DNA of 27,629 nt from a virus (Duplodnaviria > Caudoviricetes), in the IMG/VR virus record IMGVR_UViG_3300020388_000054, positions 1-27,629 of that record. One strand, given 5' to 3'. The notes beneath the pieces were generated by a model. The model worked only from the letters and a program-made list of their open reading frames with translations, made no database searches and had not been told where the DNA came from. A program made the translations under genes and the position numbers. Positions 1 to 8,774 of this stretch are shown here, piece after piece (within the stretch, counting starts at the first letter, position 1; each line of letters starts with the position of its first letter).

Positions 1-885
1 TCTGAATGTAATCCAGACGTTTTCTGGGGTGAGAATGCTCCAAGACTAGCATCTAAAATGGGAGAGCCAGTAGTAAGCAAGTTACGCAAGATCGCAGAAA
101 AGTATGGTTATACATTCAGTATCTTTAAAACAAAATCAATATTACACGGTTTAAGTCAAGTAAGAGATCGTACATTCTATTTCTTTTGGAAAGGAGATCG
201 TGTACCAATATTTGATTATGTATTACAAAAGCCAGGTGTTATCGCTGACGATATTAGAGCAGTTAAAAGAAGAGATGATGATCCAATGAGCCAAATATTA
301 TGTAATGATAAAACTCCATCAGAAGAGCCATATTATAAATATGTGCTAGAAGTTCTAGAAGGAGGAATAACTCACAAAGAGTTTCAAAACAAAATAGAAA
401 AAACAACTAACCCAATGGATTACATAGAAGAAAGAACAACTTATAAAGAAGTTGCAAAGTGGATGAGAGAAAATGGTTACGAGAATGTAGCACGAAAATG
501 TGATAGGCAATACCATAAACTCAAAGCTGGTGGAAACATTATGAGAAAATGTACAGAGATTCCAAAAGATAAGATTGGAGCGTTTGTAGGTCATATGCCA
601 ACAAGTCTTACGCATCCAGATGAAGATCGTTATCTTACAGTACGTGAATCACTATCACTTATGAGATTACCAGATGACTTTATTTTATTGAATCCTAAAA
701 GATCATTAAATCATATATGTCAAAATGTACCCGTTACTACAGCAGAGCATCCAGCTCGAATGGTACAAAAGTTCTTGAATAATCAACTTGATACAGTTGA
801 TACAAAGTTCCTAATACAAGATAACAAAAAACAAACCATTGAATTTGAAAAAAACAGTTTACAACTCACTGATTTTATGGTATAA
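1..885 (+). CDS. C5 cytosine DNA methyltransferase, C-terminal part (5' end outside window)
   Basis: Frame is open from base 1 (SECNPDVFWGENAPRL). ENA resembles motif VI, QVRDRTFY motif VIII (QxRxR), RYLTVRESLSLMRLPDDF motif IX and ICQNVP motif X. Confidence 0.8.
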   Translation, partial: SECNPDVFWGENAPRLASKMGEPVVSKLRKIAEKYGYTFSIFKTKSILHGLSQVRDRTFYFFWKGDRVPIFDYVLQKPGVIADDIRAVKRRDDDPMSQILCNDKTPSEEPYYKYVLEVLEGGITHKEFQNKIEKTTNPMDYIEERTTYKEVAKWMRENGYENVARKCDRQYHKLKAGGNIMRKCTEIPKDKIGAFVGHMPTSLTHPDEDRYLTVRESLSLMRLPDDFILLNPKRSLNHICQNVPVTTAEHPARMVQKFLNNQLDTVDTKFLIQDNKKQTIEFEKNSLQLTDFMV

Positions 886-886
886 T
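857..886 (+). promoter_or_regulatory. sigma70-type / T4 early-like promoter
   Basis: GTTTACA (TTTACA 858-863), 17-bp spacer ending TATGG, TATAAT 881-886; lies upstream of bS21-uvsX. Confidence 0.85.
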
Positions 887-920
887 ATATACTATAAAAA
901 ATTAAAAAATGGAGTGATTT

Positions 921-1184
921 ATGCCAAGTGTTGATTTAAGACCAAGAAAAAGACATCCAAAAGACAAAAGGCCAGCGAGGCCAATGCCTTTTGAGATAGG
1001 TCTCAGAAAATTTAAAAAATCCTGTGAAAGAGCAGGTATCGTTCAGGAAGTTCGTAAGAGAGAATTCTACGAAAAACCAACAGCGAAAAGAAAACGGAAG
1101 AAAGCTGAAGCTAGGTCAAGGCACCTGAAAGCTATGAGGCTGGAAAACCAATCAAACTTACCGAGAGGTATGAGGAGAAGATAA
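921..1184 (+). CDS. rpsU: phage-encoded 30S ribosomal protein bS21
   Basis: [42 protein letters not shown] matches the S21 signature (E. coli [32 protein letters not shown]); GGAG SD upstream. Confidence 0.93.
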   Translation: MPSVDLRPRKRHPKDKRPARPMPFEIGLRKFKKSCERAGIVQEVRKREFYEKPTAKRKRKKAEARSRHLKAMRLENQSNLPRGMRRR

Positions 1185-1185
1185 T

Positions 1186-2238
1186 ATGTCTATAATGGAT
1201 AAATTAAAAAAGAATAGTAAGATCAAGTCTAGTGAGATTCTAGCTGATTCAATACTATTCGCACAAAAGGATATTATTAGTACAGACGTACCAATGGTTA
1301 ACGCCGCGTTGTCTGGTGATTTAGATGGTGGACTTACATCAGGACTTACAGTTCTAGCTGGCCCATCAAAACATTTCAAGACTTCATTTGCTTTACTTAT
1401 GGGTGCAGCATATATGAAGCAATATCCAGACGCAGTAATGCTATTTTATGATTCAGAATTTGGTTCACCACAGAACTATTTTGAATCTTTTGGTATTGAT
1501 ACAAATAGAGTATTGCATACACCTATCGTGGATGTAGAACAATTAAAGTTTGACTTAGTTGGTCAACTTGAAAATATTGAAAGAGACGATAAAGTTATTA
1601 TCGTAATCGATTCAATTGGTAACTTAGCATCTAAGAAAGAATTAGAAGATGCACTTAATGAAAAGTCAGTGGCAGATATGTCTAGAGCTAAAGCATTAAA
1701 GGGATTATTCCGCATGGTCACTCCTTATCTTACAATGAGGAATATCCCTTTACTTGCGGTCAATCATACTTATCAAGAGATTGGGTTGTTTCCTAAAGCG
1801 ATTGTATCAGGCGGTACAGGTATTTACTATTCAGCCGATAACATCTGGATTATAGGTAGACAACAAGATAAAAAAGGTACTCAAATACAAGGTTATCATT
1901 TTGTAATTAATGTAGAAAAATCTAGGTTTGTAAAAGAAAAATCTAAAGTACCTATTAGTGTATCTTGGGAAGGTGGTATACAAACTTATAGTGGTTTACT
2001 TGATGTTGCTCTTGCGGGTGGCTATGTAACTAAACCAAATGTAGGTTGGTATGCTAGAGTGAATAAAGAAACTGGAGAAATAGAAGATACTAAAGTTAGA
2101 GAAAAAGATACTTTAACTAAAAAGTTCTGGGACCCAATATTCAAAGATACAGATTTTAAAGAGTTTGTCAAATCATATTATTCTATTGGTCATAAACCTT
2201 TATTGGATATTGATCTAGATATACCAATGGAAGAGTAA
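1186..2238 (+). CDS. uvsX: UvsX RecA-like recombinase
   Basis: Walker A AGPSKHFKT, YDSEFG, Walker B VIDSIGNLASKKE, SGGTGIYYSA; T4-type gene order before gp41. Confidence 0.95.
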   Translation: MSIMDKLKKNSKIKSSEILADSILFAQKDIISTDVPMVNAALSGDLDGGLTSGLTVLAGPSKHFKTSFALLMGAAYMKQYPDAVMLFYDSEFGSPQNYFESFGIDTNRVLHTPIVDVEQLKFDLVGQLENIERDDKVIIVIDSIGNLASKKELEDALNEKSVADMSRAKALKGLFRMVTPYLTMRNIPLLAVNHTYQEIGLFPKAIVSGGTGIYYSADNIWIIGRQQDKKGTQIQGYHFVINVEKSRFVKEKSKVPISVSWEGGIQTYSGLLDVALAGGYVTKPNVGWYARVNKETGEIEDTKVREKDTLTKKFWDPIFKDTDFKEFVKSYYSIGHKPLLDIDLDIPMEE

Positions 2239-2567
2239 TGATAACAGAAAATGATTACACGTTAGTAGAAAATGCTAACAATCCCATGCAGGCAGTCAAA
2301 TTTAAGACTGGCAAATACAAGGACGTTATCGTAATGTATGGAACTGTATCAGTAAAAGAAAGTCCTGAGCTTGACATGGCAAGCTTGGGATTCACTTTTC
2401 AAATCGTAGAGCCAGCAGAATTTGCTGTTAACGATCTTGAAACTGATGAAGAGTTTAAGAATTACATAGGCAAAGTCCTACAATATATAATAACAGATAG
2501 TTTAGAAAAAGGAGGAGGAATTGGAGAATCAACTACCGACGCACATATTGAACCATCTTCTGAATAA
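2238..2567 (+). CDS. conserved T4-like protein at the gp40 (head assembly chaperone) position
   Basis: 109-aa acidic protein between uvsX and gp41, TAATG-coupled to uvsX; the gp40 identity rests on synteny only. Confidence 0.5.
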   Translation: MITENDYTLVENANNPMQAVKFKTGKYKDVIVMYGTVSVKESPELDMASLGFTFQIVEPAEFAVNDLETDEEFKNYIGKVLQYIITDSLEKGGGIGESTTDAHIEPSSE

Positions 2568-3906
2568 CGAAGAGTTCACAAGACGAGTTGTTCCATATCT
2601 GAAAAAGGAATATTTCGAAGGTACACATAAGACAGTATTTAATCTTATTGTAAGCTTCGTTAATAGTCATAATAAACTACCTACATCTAAAATCTTAGAT
2701 CTTGAGCTGAAAAAAATAAATGCTCATGAAGAAATGTTAAACGAAGCATCTAGGCTTATTGATGAAATCAAAAATAAGTCTGATGTTGATACTGAATATC
2801 TCATACAAGAAGCAGAAAAGTGGTGTAAAGAAAGAGCAGTCTATCTTGCCATCATGGAATCTATACAAATCATTGATGGTAAAGATAAAGAAAAAACTGA
2901 AGGTGCAATACCGGAAATATTATCTGATGCTCTTGGGGTTTCATTCGATCAAGCAGTTGGTCATGACTATATTGATAATTCAGATGAAAGGTATGACTTT
3001 TATAATCTAAAAGAAGACCGTATACCTTTTGACTTAGATTATTTTAATAAAATAACAAAGGGTGGTCTTCCCAACAAAACATTAAATATTGCTCTTGCAG
3101 GTACTGGTGTCGGTAAGTCTTTGTTTATGTGTCATTGCGCCGCATCAGTACTTGAGCAAGGCAAGAATGTTTTGTATATAACTATGGAAATGGCTGAGGA
3201 ACGTATCGCTGAAAGAATCGATGCTAACCTTATGAACCTTCCAATCGAGCAGTTAGCATCATTACCTAAAAAGGTTTATGATGACAAGATTGGAAAGATT
3301 GCAAAAGCATCTATTGGTAAACTTATAGTAAAAGAATATCCAACAGGTGCAGCTCATACAGGCCATTTTCGAGCTCTACTTAATGAGTTAAAACTTAAGA
3401 AAAATTTCAAACCTGATATTATATATATTGACTATTTGAATATATGTGCTTCAAGCCGAATGCGTGGACTAGGTGGAAGTATAAATAGTTATTCATATAT
3501 AAAAGCCATTGCAGAAGAATTGCGTGGCTTAGCAGTTGAATTCTGTGTACCTATTGTTTCGGCAACGCAAACAACTAGGTCTGGTTTCAGTAATACTGAT
3601 CTTGGCTTAGAAGATACATCAGAATCGTTTGGTTTACCAGCAACTGCCGATCTAATGTTTGCTCTAATTTCAACAGAGGAAATGGAAGAACTCGGTCAGT
3701 TACTGATAAAGCAGTTGAAAAATCGTTATAACGATCCTACCAAATATCGAAGATTCGTGGTTGGTATTGATCGGTCCCGCATGAAACTTTATGATGTTGA
3801 GGAATCGGCTCAGTCAGATATTATGTCTGATATGACTCCCGATAAACCGATAAATACGTTCGGTGAAAGAGATACTGCAGATACTTTCACGGACTTTAAA
3901 GTATAA
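2521..3906 (+). CDS. 41: gp41 replicative DNA helicase (DnaB-like)
   Basis: Walker A LAGTGVGKS, YITMEMAEE, IYIDYLNI, SATQTTR, SESFGLPATAD, QLKNRY; TTG start after GGAGGAGGA. Confidence 0.95.
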   Translation: MENQLPTHILNHLLNNEEFTRRVVPYLKKEYFEGTHKTVFNLIVSFVNSHNKLPTSKILDLELKKINAHEEMLNEASRLIDEIKNKSDVDTEYLIQEAEKWCKERAVYLAIMESIQIIDGKDKEKTEGAIPEILSDALGVSFDQAVGHDYIDNSDERYDFYNLKEDRIPFDLDYFNKITKGGLPNKTLNIALAGTGVGKSLFMCHCAASVLEQGKNVLYITMEMAEERIAERIDANLMNLPIEQLASLPKKVYDDKIGKIAKASIGKLIVKEYPTGAAHTGHFRALLNELKLKKNFKPDIIYIDYLNICASSRMRGLGGSINSYSYIKAIAEELRGLAVEFCVPIVSATQTTRSGFSNTDLGLEDTSESFGLPATADLMFALISTEEMEELGQLLIKQLKNRYNDPTKYRRFVVGIDRSRMKLYDVEESAQSDIMSDMTPDKPINTFGERDTADTFTDFKV

Positions 3907-3923
3907 TTAGGAGGAATTATTAT

Positions 3924-4154
3924 ATGGAAATTATACAGAAGATAGGATTATGGGCAAAGGAACTAGCAACAGCTGGACTTCATATTGTCGCACTAGGAAT
4001 AGTACTTAATGTATTGTTCGCAGGAGCTGCAATACCATTTCTTGGAAACTTAACTATAATTGATAATATAATGGCAATCTTGGGCGGCCTATCTAACGAA
4101 GGCCTTCTCGGATTAGTAGGTGCATTTATTATATACCACTTACTAAATAAATAG
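3924..4154 (+). CDS. small membrane protein (2 TM)
   Basis: Strongly hydrophobic 76 aa; AGGAGG SD. Confidence 0.75.
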   Translation: MEIIQKIGLWAKELATAGLHIVALGIVLNVLFAGAAIPFLGNLTIIDNIMAILGGLSNEGLLGLVGAFIIYHLLNK

Positions 4155-4163
4155 GAGAAATAT

Positions 4164-4346
4164 ATGGAAATGATTAATATGGTGAAAGATTGGATACTAG
4201 CAAGATGGAACGAAAGAACCACTTGGGACGGCGGTGTTATTATCGCAGTTAGTTTATCATACATCCTTTTAGGAGGATTAGTTGATTGGCTAGCTTGGGT
4301 AGCATTAGCTTATGGAGTATTCACTTTCATAAAATCAGAACTATAG
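4164..4346 (+). CDS. small membrane protein (2 TM)
   Basis: Hydrophobic 60 aa; AGGAG SD; followed by a terminator. Confidence 0.75.
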   Translation: MEMINMVKDWILARWNERTTWDGGVIIAVSLSYILLGGLVDWLAWVALAYGVFTFIKSEL

Positions 4347-4353
4347 AATAATC

Positions 4354-4381
4354 GGGGAGCGCTTTAGCTCCCCATCTTTTT
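4354..4381 (+). terminator. Rho-independent terminator
   Basis: GGGGAGC-gcttta-GCTCCCC 7-bp stem followed by ATCTTTTT. Confidence 0.8.
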
Positions 4382-4415
4382 GCCTAAAATAAGTGGCATT
4401 ATTTTCACCAAAACT

Positions 4416-4445
4416 GTTTACATTTGCTCCAGACTATGGTATAAT
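4416..4445 (+). promoter_or_regulatory. sigma70-type / T4 early-like promoter
   Basis: TTTACA 4417-4422, N17 ending TATGG, TATAAT 4440-4445. Confidence 0.85.
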
Positions 4446-4480
4446 GTACTTGTACATTTTAAAAATAAGGAGTTAATAAT

Positions 4481-4705
4481 ATGTCAAATAGAGTAAACGA
4501 TCAAATAATCGAAGGAATATACGAGGAAGTCAACGAACTTTCTATAAATCAAGTAGTAAACGAAGTGCTGAATAGATCAGGAGATCAAGCTTCAGTAGCG
4601 CCATCAGCAGATAGCTGGGATGAATTCTGGGCTCAAAACGAATGGTCTGCAGATAGATGGAGAATTGAACTAGCAGTACAAAGGTTCGAGGAGTTATGTA
4701 GATGA
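4481..4705 (+). CDS. hypothetical acidic protein (early)
   Basis: TAAGGAG SD; first gene after the promoter. Confidence 0.7.
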   Translation: MSNRVNDQIIEGIYEEVNELSINQVVNEVLNRSGDQASVAPSADSWDEFWAQNEWSADRWRIELAVQRFEELCR

Positions 4706-4854
4706 TAATATATAATGGAATACCTTTTGGTTCAGCAACAAAAGAAACGCTTCTTGAATTGCAAATAAAAAATATGGAAGATGAGAATAACGAATGTGTA
4801 TGCGGTACAGTAAACTGTGAAAGCGAATACTCATGTCATACATCGGGTTGGTAA
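4702..4854 (+). CDS. small Cys/His-motif protein, 50 aa (not in ORF track)
   Basis: MIIYNGIPFG...ECVCGTVNCESEYSCHTSGW*; ATGA overlap upstream, TAATG overlap downstream, GAGGAG SD. Confidence 0.6.
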   Translation: MIIYNGIPFGSATKETLLELQIKNMEDENNECVCGTVNCESEYSCHTSGW

Positions 4855-5015
4855 TGGTATTATATACAGAAAAACAATTAATTGAAGCTTATACAGAATA
4901 TCAAGCAAACGCGAGTAAATCTAAACATATTAAACCATGCTCTTTAGAAGAGTTTAGATTAATATATGAAGCTCATTGGGAGTTACATTATAAAGAAGGA
5001 GGCCTAGATGGCTAA
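4854..5015 (+). CDS. hypothetical protein (start moved to 4854, MVLYTEKQL)
   Basis: TAATG coupling to the previous ORF. Confidence 0.6.
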   Translation: MVLYTEKQLIEAYTEYQANASKSKHIKPCSLEEFRLIYEAHWELHYKEGGLDG

Positions 5016-5208
5016 AAAAATAATACAAAATATACTAGCAAATAAAGATCAAGGTAAAACTTACGAAGCAATAGAAACTTTTATATCTAAGAAAGATAGA
5101 GAAAATCGAATAGATTATATTTTAGAAAGGTTCGAAAGTTCTAAAGCTAGTGTAGAATCATATAATGAAAATGGTAGATTCATGCTAAAATACACAATCA
5201 ATTACTAA
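5008..5208 (+). CDS. hypothetical protein
   Basis: AGGAGG SD; overlaps neighbouring genes. Confidence 0.65.
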   Translation: MAKKIIQNILANKDQGKTYEAIETFISKKDRENRIDYILERFESSKASVESYNENGRFMLKYTINY

Positions 5209-5375
5209 TGGAAATATTACTAGGAATAGGTTTAGTCATAGGTGTTGGTTATACCTCATATAAAATAGGTATTCAAGAAGGAGCAAGTATTACTGTAGAT
5301 GTATTAAGCGAAAATCAAATAATTAAATTTGATGCACGTGGAAATATTGTTCCTAACAAGCATTTTGACTTATAA
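5208..5375 (+). CDS. small protein with N-terminal TM, 55 aa (not in ORF track)
   Basis: MEILLGIGLVIGVGYTSYKIG...HFDL*; TAATG coupling; fills the gap exactly. Confidence 0.65.
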   Translation: MEILLGIGLVIGVGYTSYKIGIQEGASITVDVLSENQIIKFDARGNIVPNKHFDL

Positions 5376-5380
5376 ATCTG

Positions 5381-5388
5381 TATAAATA
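5381..5388 (+). promoter_or_regulatory. T4-type late promoter (gp55 box)
   Basis: Intergenic TATAAATA 5 nt before ATG 5394; near-copy TATAAATC at 5371. Confidence 0.7.
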
Positions 5389-5393
5389 GATTT

Positions 5394-6503
5394 ATGAGAA
5401 ATTTTAAATCCTATATATTCGAAGCTAGTCTAGCTGGTAATTCAACGAAACATAAACGAAAAACTGCCAACAAAAGCTCAGGTAATTTTTATCAATACGT
5501 AGAATTAAATCCAGACTTAAAAACACTAGAGATAGAAAATGATTCTTTTCTATTTCAAATGGATGGAACACCAACAAAAGAAGTAATTAAGAAAGGCAAA
5601 GAAGTAGAAATCGTTGGTCGTGAAGAAAAAACATTAACAACAAATGCTAAAGGTACTTTATTAGCACATATAAAATATAAAAGAAAAGAATATAGAATAC
5701 CACTTAGTAAAATATTAAAGCCTTCAGGTAAACAAGTTAAACCTATTGAAGCAGACATTACAAATAAAGAAGATCCAAACGTATTTGCAAACTTTAAAGC
5801 CGGTCATGGTCACGAATCTCAATTTGTTCAAAGATGGATTAATAGTTCTGGAACCTTATGGGAATTTGAATACAAAGGTAAAGAATATAGAATTACTTAT
5901 ATCGGCGCACCTCAAACTAAGACAAGAGGTAATCCAAAAACAGACGTTGCAATAGAATTAGATAAAAAAATACCAGGCTATGGTGATAAACTTTACTATA
6001 GTTTGAAAGATGAAAATGCAACTTATTTTGAAAACTGGATATTACCTGTCAGATTTGAACAATTATTTGGCAGAAAATCTAAAGCGTATATTGAAGATGC
6101 TTATGAGCAATTAAATAAAAATAGTAAGATTGGTGGATCAGGTTATAAATCAATAACGGTTTGTTCTTTTGTTAAGAGTAAACCATACAATGGTCCTAAG
6201 TTAAATACAAAACAAAATAAAGAAGCATTATCTGGTGCAGTTAAATTTGGTAGAAATGATGCAACTGCAAATATCTTCTTTGCTGGTACAATACCAGGAA
6301 CTATAGAAGAAATAATTGATGGTTCTAGTACAGTAAGTGATATGGCTAAAAAGGCAGACCTTGGTATATCATTTAGAGGTTCTAACGAAATTAAAAATTC
6401 ATCTATCTTTATTAAGAATGACGAAGGCGGTTGGGACATTAGAGAAAATTGGATAGATTTCAAAAAACTTAAACTAGATAAAGACATGGGACAAAGTAAA
6501 TGA
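5394..6503 (+). CDS. putative PD-(D/E)XK restriction-endonuclease-fold protein with capsid-targeting-like leader
   Basis: GHESQF...GNPKTDVAI...YYSLKD resembles the E...(P)KxD...SxK nuclease core; N-terminus MRNFKSYIFE. Confidence 0.5.
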   Translation: MRNFKSYIFEASLAGNSTKHKRKTANKSSGNFYQYVELNPDLKTLEIENDSFLFQMDGTPTKEVIKKGKEVEIVGREEKTLTTNAKGTLLAHIKYKRKEYRIPLSKILKPSGKQVKPIEADITNKEDPNVFANFKAGHGHESQFVQRWINSSGTLWEFEYKGKEYRITYIGAPQTKTRGNPKTDVAIELDKKIPGYGDKLYYSLKDENATYFENWILPVRFEQLFGRKSKAYIEDAYEQLNKNSKIGGSGYKSITVCSFVKSKPYNGPKLNTKQNKEALSGAVKFGRNDATANIFFAGTIPGTIEEIIDGSSTVSDMAKKADLGISFRGSNEIKNSSIFIKNDEGGWDIRENWIDFKKLKLDKDMGQSK

Positions 6504-7168
6504 GAAATTTTAAAGGCTACTTAAAAGAAGATTCAAGACTTGATGATAGACTTAAAAGTCGCCTTGCTAATTTAGTGTTTATGCCACAGGATAAACTAAA
6601 GCCAGCTGAATATAATAATGTAAAAATATTTAAAGATGGTTGGCAGCGTATAGAATTACCTACACCACCCAGGGAAGATAGAGAAATAGATGCTGTTATT
6701 TCAGCAGTAGAACAAGCAACTGATCAACAAAAGAAAGATTATAAACTATGCGATCAAAACGCTTCTTACTATATTGAGAAACATCTAAAAGATAATAACC
6801 TAGAATACGATCCAAAAAATATCGAGTATATCGAAGAACAATGTGTTCCAATAGTTAGACACTATAAAAATTATTTTAATAGACCAAGACCATATCAGAT
6901 CGCAGCAGTATATAATAAACAATTAAATAGATTTAAAACAGGTACAGCAAAAACACCGTCATATCCATCTGGACATACTGTACAGCCGATGGTTGTAGCA
7001 TTACACTATGCAAAGAAATATCCAGAGCATAAGAACGAACTTGTACGTGGAGCAAAAGTATGTGGATATGGTAGAGTAATTGCAGGTTTACATTACCCGT
7101 CAGATTACGACGCAGGTATAGAACTTGCTTATCAACTAATGAAATATATTGAACATGATAAGTTTTAA
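6500..7168 (+). CDS. PAP2 / vanadium-haloperoxidase superfamily phosphatase (soluble)
   Basis: All three motifs present: KNYFNRPRP (Kx6RP), YPSGH, GRVIAGLHYPSD (Rx5Hx3D). Confidence 0.88.
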   Translation: MRNFKGYLKEDSRLDDRLKSRLANLVFMPQDKLKPAEYNNVKIFKDGWQRIELPTPPREDREIDAVISAVEQATDQQKKDYKLCDQNASYYIEKHLKDNNLEYDPKNIEYIEEQCVPIVRHYKNYFNRPRPYQIAAVYNKQLNRFKTGTAKTPSYPSGHTVQPMVVALHYAKKYPEHKNELVRGAKVCGYGRVIAGLHYPSDYDAGIELAYQLMKYIEHDKF

Positions 7169-7514
7169 AAATTATATAATAGAAGCAGATAACAGAACAC
7201 CTCGAAAGAAAGGTCAACATAAAGGTAGTTCAAGTCATAGTGATTTGTATACTGATGAAGATCCAAGAGGTACAATCCATGGGTTAGGATTTAAGGATGC
7301 TGCAACTGCTAAAAAAGGTATTGGTATTATTAATAAAGCAAAAAGAACTCATGCACATAAAGTACAAGCAACTTTAGTAATGCAACAAAGAGCAAAGCAA
7401 GCAATTAAAACAACGAAGGACCCAGAGAAAAAAGCAAATATAAAAAAGGCTTATGATATTTGGACATCACATTTAGAAAAATTAAAAATGAAAACTAAGG
7501 AAATGAATAAATGA
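7155..7514 (+). CDS. basic hypothetical protein (likely start ATG 7155, MISFKNYIIE)
   Basis: Shared leader motif; SDLYTDEDPRGTIHGLGFKD domain; Lys-rich. Confidence 0.7.
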   Translation: MISFKNYIIEADNRTPRKKGQHKGSSSHSDLYTDEDPRGTIHGLGFKDAATAKKGIGIINKAKRTHAHKVQATLVMQQRAKQAIKTTKDPEKKANIKKAYDIWTSHLEKLKMKTKEMNK

Positions 7515-8755
7515 TAAAATTTAATTCTTATACACCTATAACCGAAGCCAAGAATACTCATATGACACACATTGAGGATTTAATCTTGGACGGTGGAGTT
7601 AAGGGAGCCCGCCAAGCTATTAACGCACTTAGATCTATGCGTGATATGTTGAGCGGTAATGTGAAAGCACCAATAGACATTACCACAAAGTGGGACGGGG
7701 CTCCCGCCGTATTTGCTGGAATTGATCCAACTGATGGAGAATTCTTTGTAGCTAAGAAAGGAATCTTCGCAAAAAGCCCTAAAGTGTATAAAAATCATGA
7801 TGATATTGATGCAGATACCGCAGGAGACCTTAACAAAAAGTTGAAGTTGGCATATGATAAATTAAAAGACCTAGGTATTACAGGTGTGATACAAGGCGAT
7901 TTCATGTTTGAAAAGAAAGATTTAAAAGATGAAAAAATAAATGGTGTTACACATACTACGTTTCATCCAAATACAATTGTCTATGCAGTACCTAAAACGT
8001 CTAAGTTAGGTAAGGTAATTAATGCTGCTGATATTGGAATTGTTTGGCATACTAAATATTCAGGAACAACCTTTGAAACTATGAAGGCTGAGTTTGGAGT
8101 AGATATTGTCAAAGATATTCCAAGGAAAAGCAGAAAGGTTTGGATGGTCGATGCAACATTACGTGACTTATCTGGAACTGCAACATTGACTGATTCTGAA
8201 ACAACAAAGCTTAATTTAAACTTATCTGCTGCAGGAAAAGTATTTAGAAAAATATCATCAGGTGTATTAAAAGATATAGAAGAAAACAAAGAACTAAATT
8301 TAATATTGAACATTTATAATAATTTAGCTGTCCGTAAAGGAGTAAGAATTACCAATACAAGAAGTCATGCAACAGGATTAGTTAATTTTGTAAAAGATCG
8401 ATATGCAAAAAAGATAGACAAACTTAAATCACCAAAGGGAAAAAAGAAACAAATAGATAATAGAGATGAATTATTGAAGTTTTTTAGTTCAAATAATGTA
8501 AAAAACTTAAAATTAATTTATGATTTGCAAAATTTTATCATCAATGGCAAATTAATTATTATAAATAAACTAAACGACCTATCAAATATGGATACGTTCG
8601 TTAAAACAAAATCCGGGTTTAAAGTCACCGGCGTAGAAGGCTTTGTGGCTATAGACCAAACGGAAGGTGGTGCTGTTAAATTAGTTGACAGAATGGAATT
8701 CTCAACTAACAATTTCAGCAGTGATATTATAAAAGGCTGGGATAATCCTGGCTAA
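7511..8755 (+). CDS. conserved T4-like protein (DUF6267-like) with ligase-type nucleotidyltransferase motifs
   Basis: KNTHMTHIEDL N-terminus; TKWDGAP (KxDG), IQGDFMF, VEGFVA, VKLVDR. Confidence 0.7.
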   Translation: MIKFNSYTPITEAKNTHMTHIEDLILDGGVKGARQAINALRSMRDMLSGNVKAPIDITTKWDGAPAVFAGIDPTDGEFFVAKKGIFAKSPKVYKNHDDIDADTAGDLNKKLKLAYDKLKDLGITGVIQGDFMFEKKDLKDEKINGVTHTTFHPNTIVYAVPKTSKLGKVINAADIGIVWHTKYSGTTFETMKAEFGVDIVKDIPRKSRKVWMVDATLRDLSGTATLTDSETTKLNLNLSAAGKVFRKISSGVLKDIEENKELNLILNIYNNLAVRKGVRITNTRSHATGLVNFVKDRYAKKIDKLKSPKGKKKQIDNRDELLKFFSSNNVKNLKLIYDLQNFIINGKLIIINKLNDLSNMDTFVKTKSGFKVTGVEGFVAIDQTEGGAVKLVDRMEFSTNNFSSDIIKGWDNPG

Positions 8756-8774
8756 TGGGAAACCGAGGATATAA

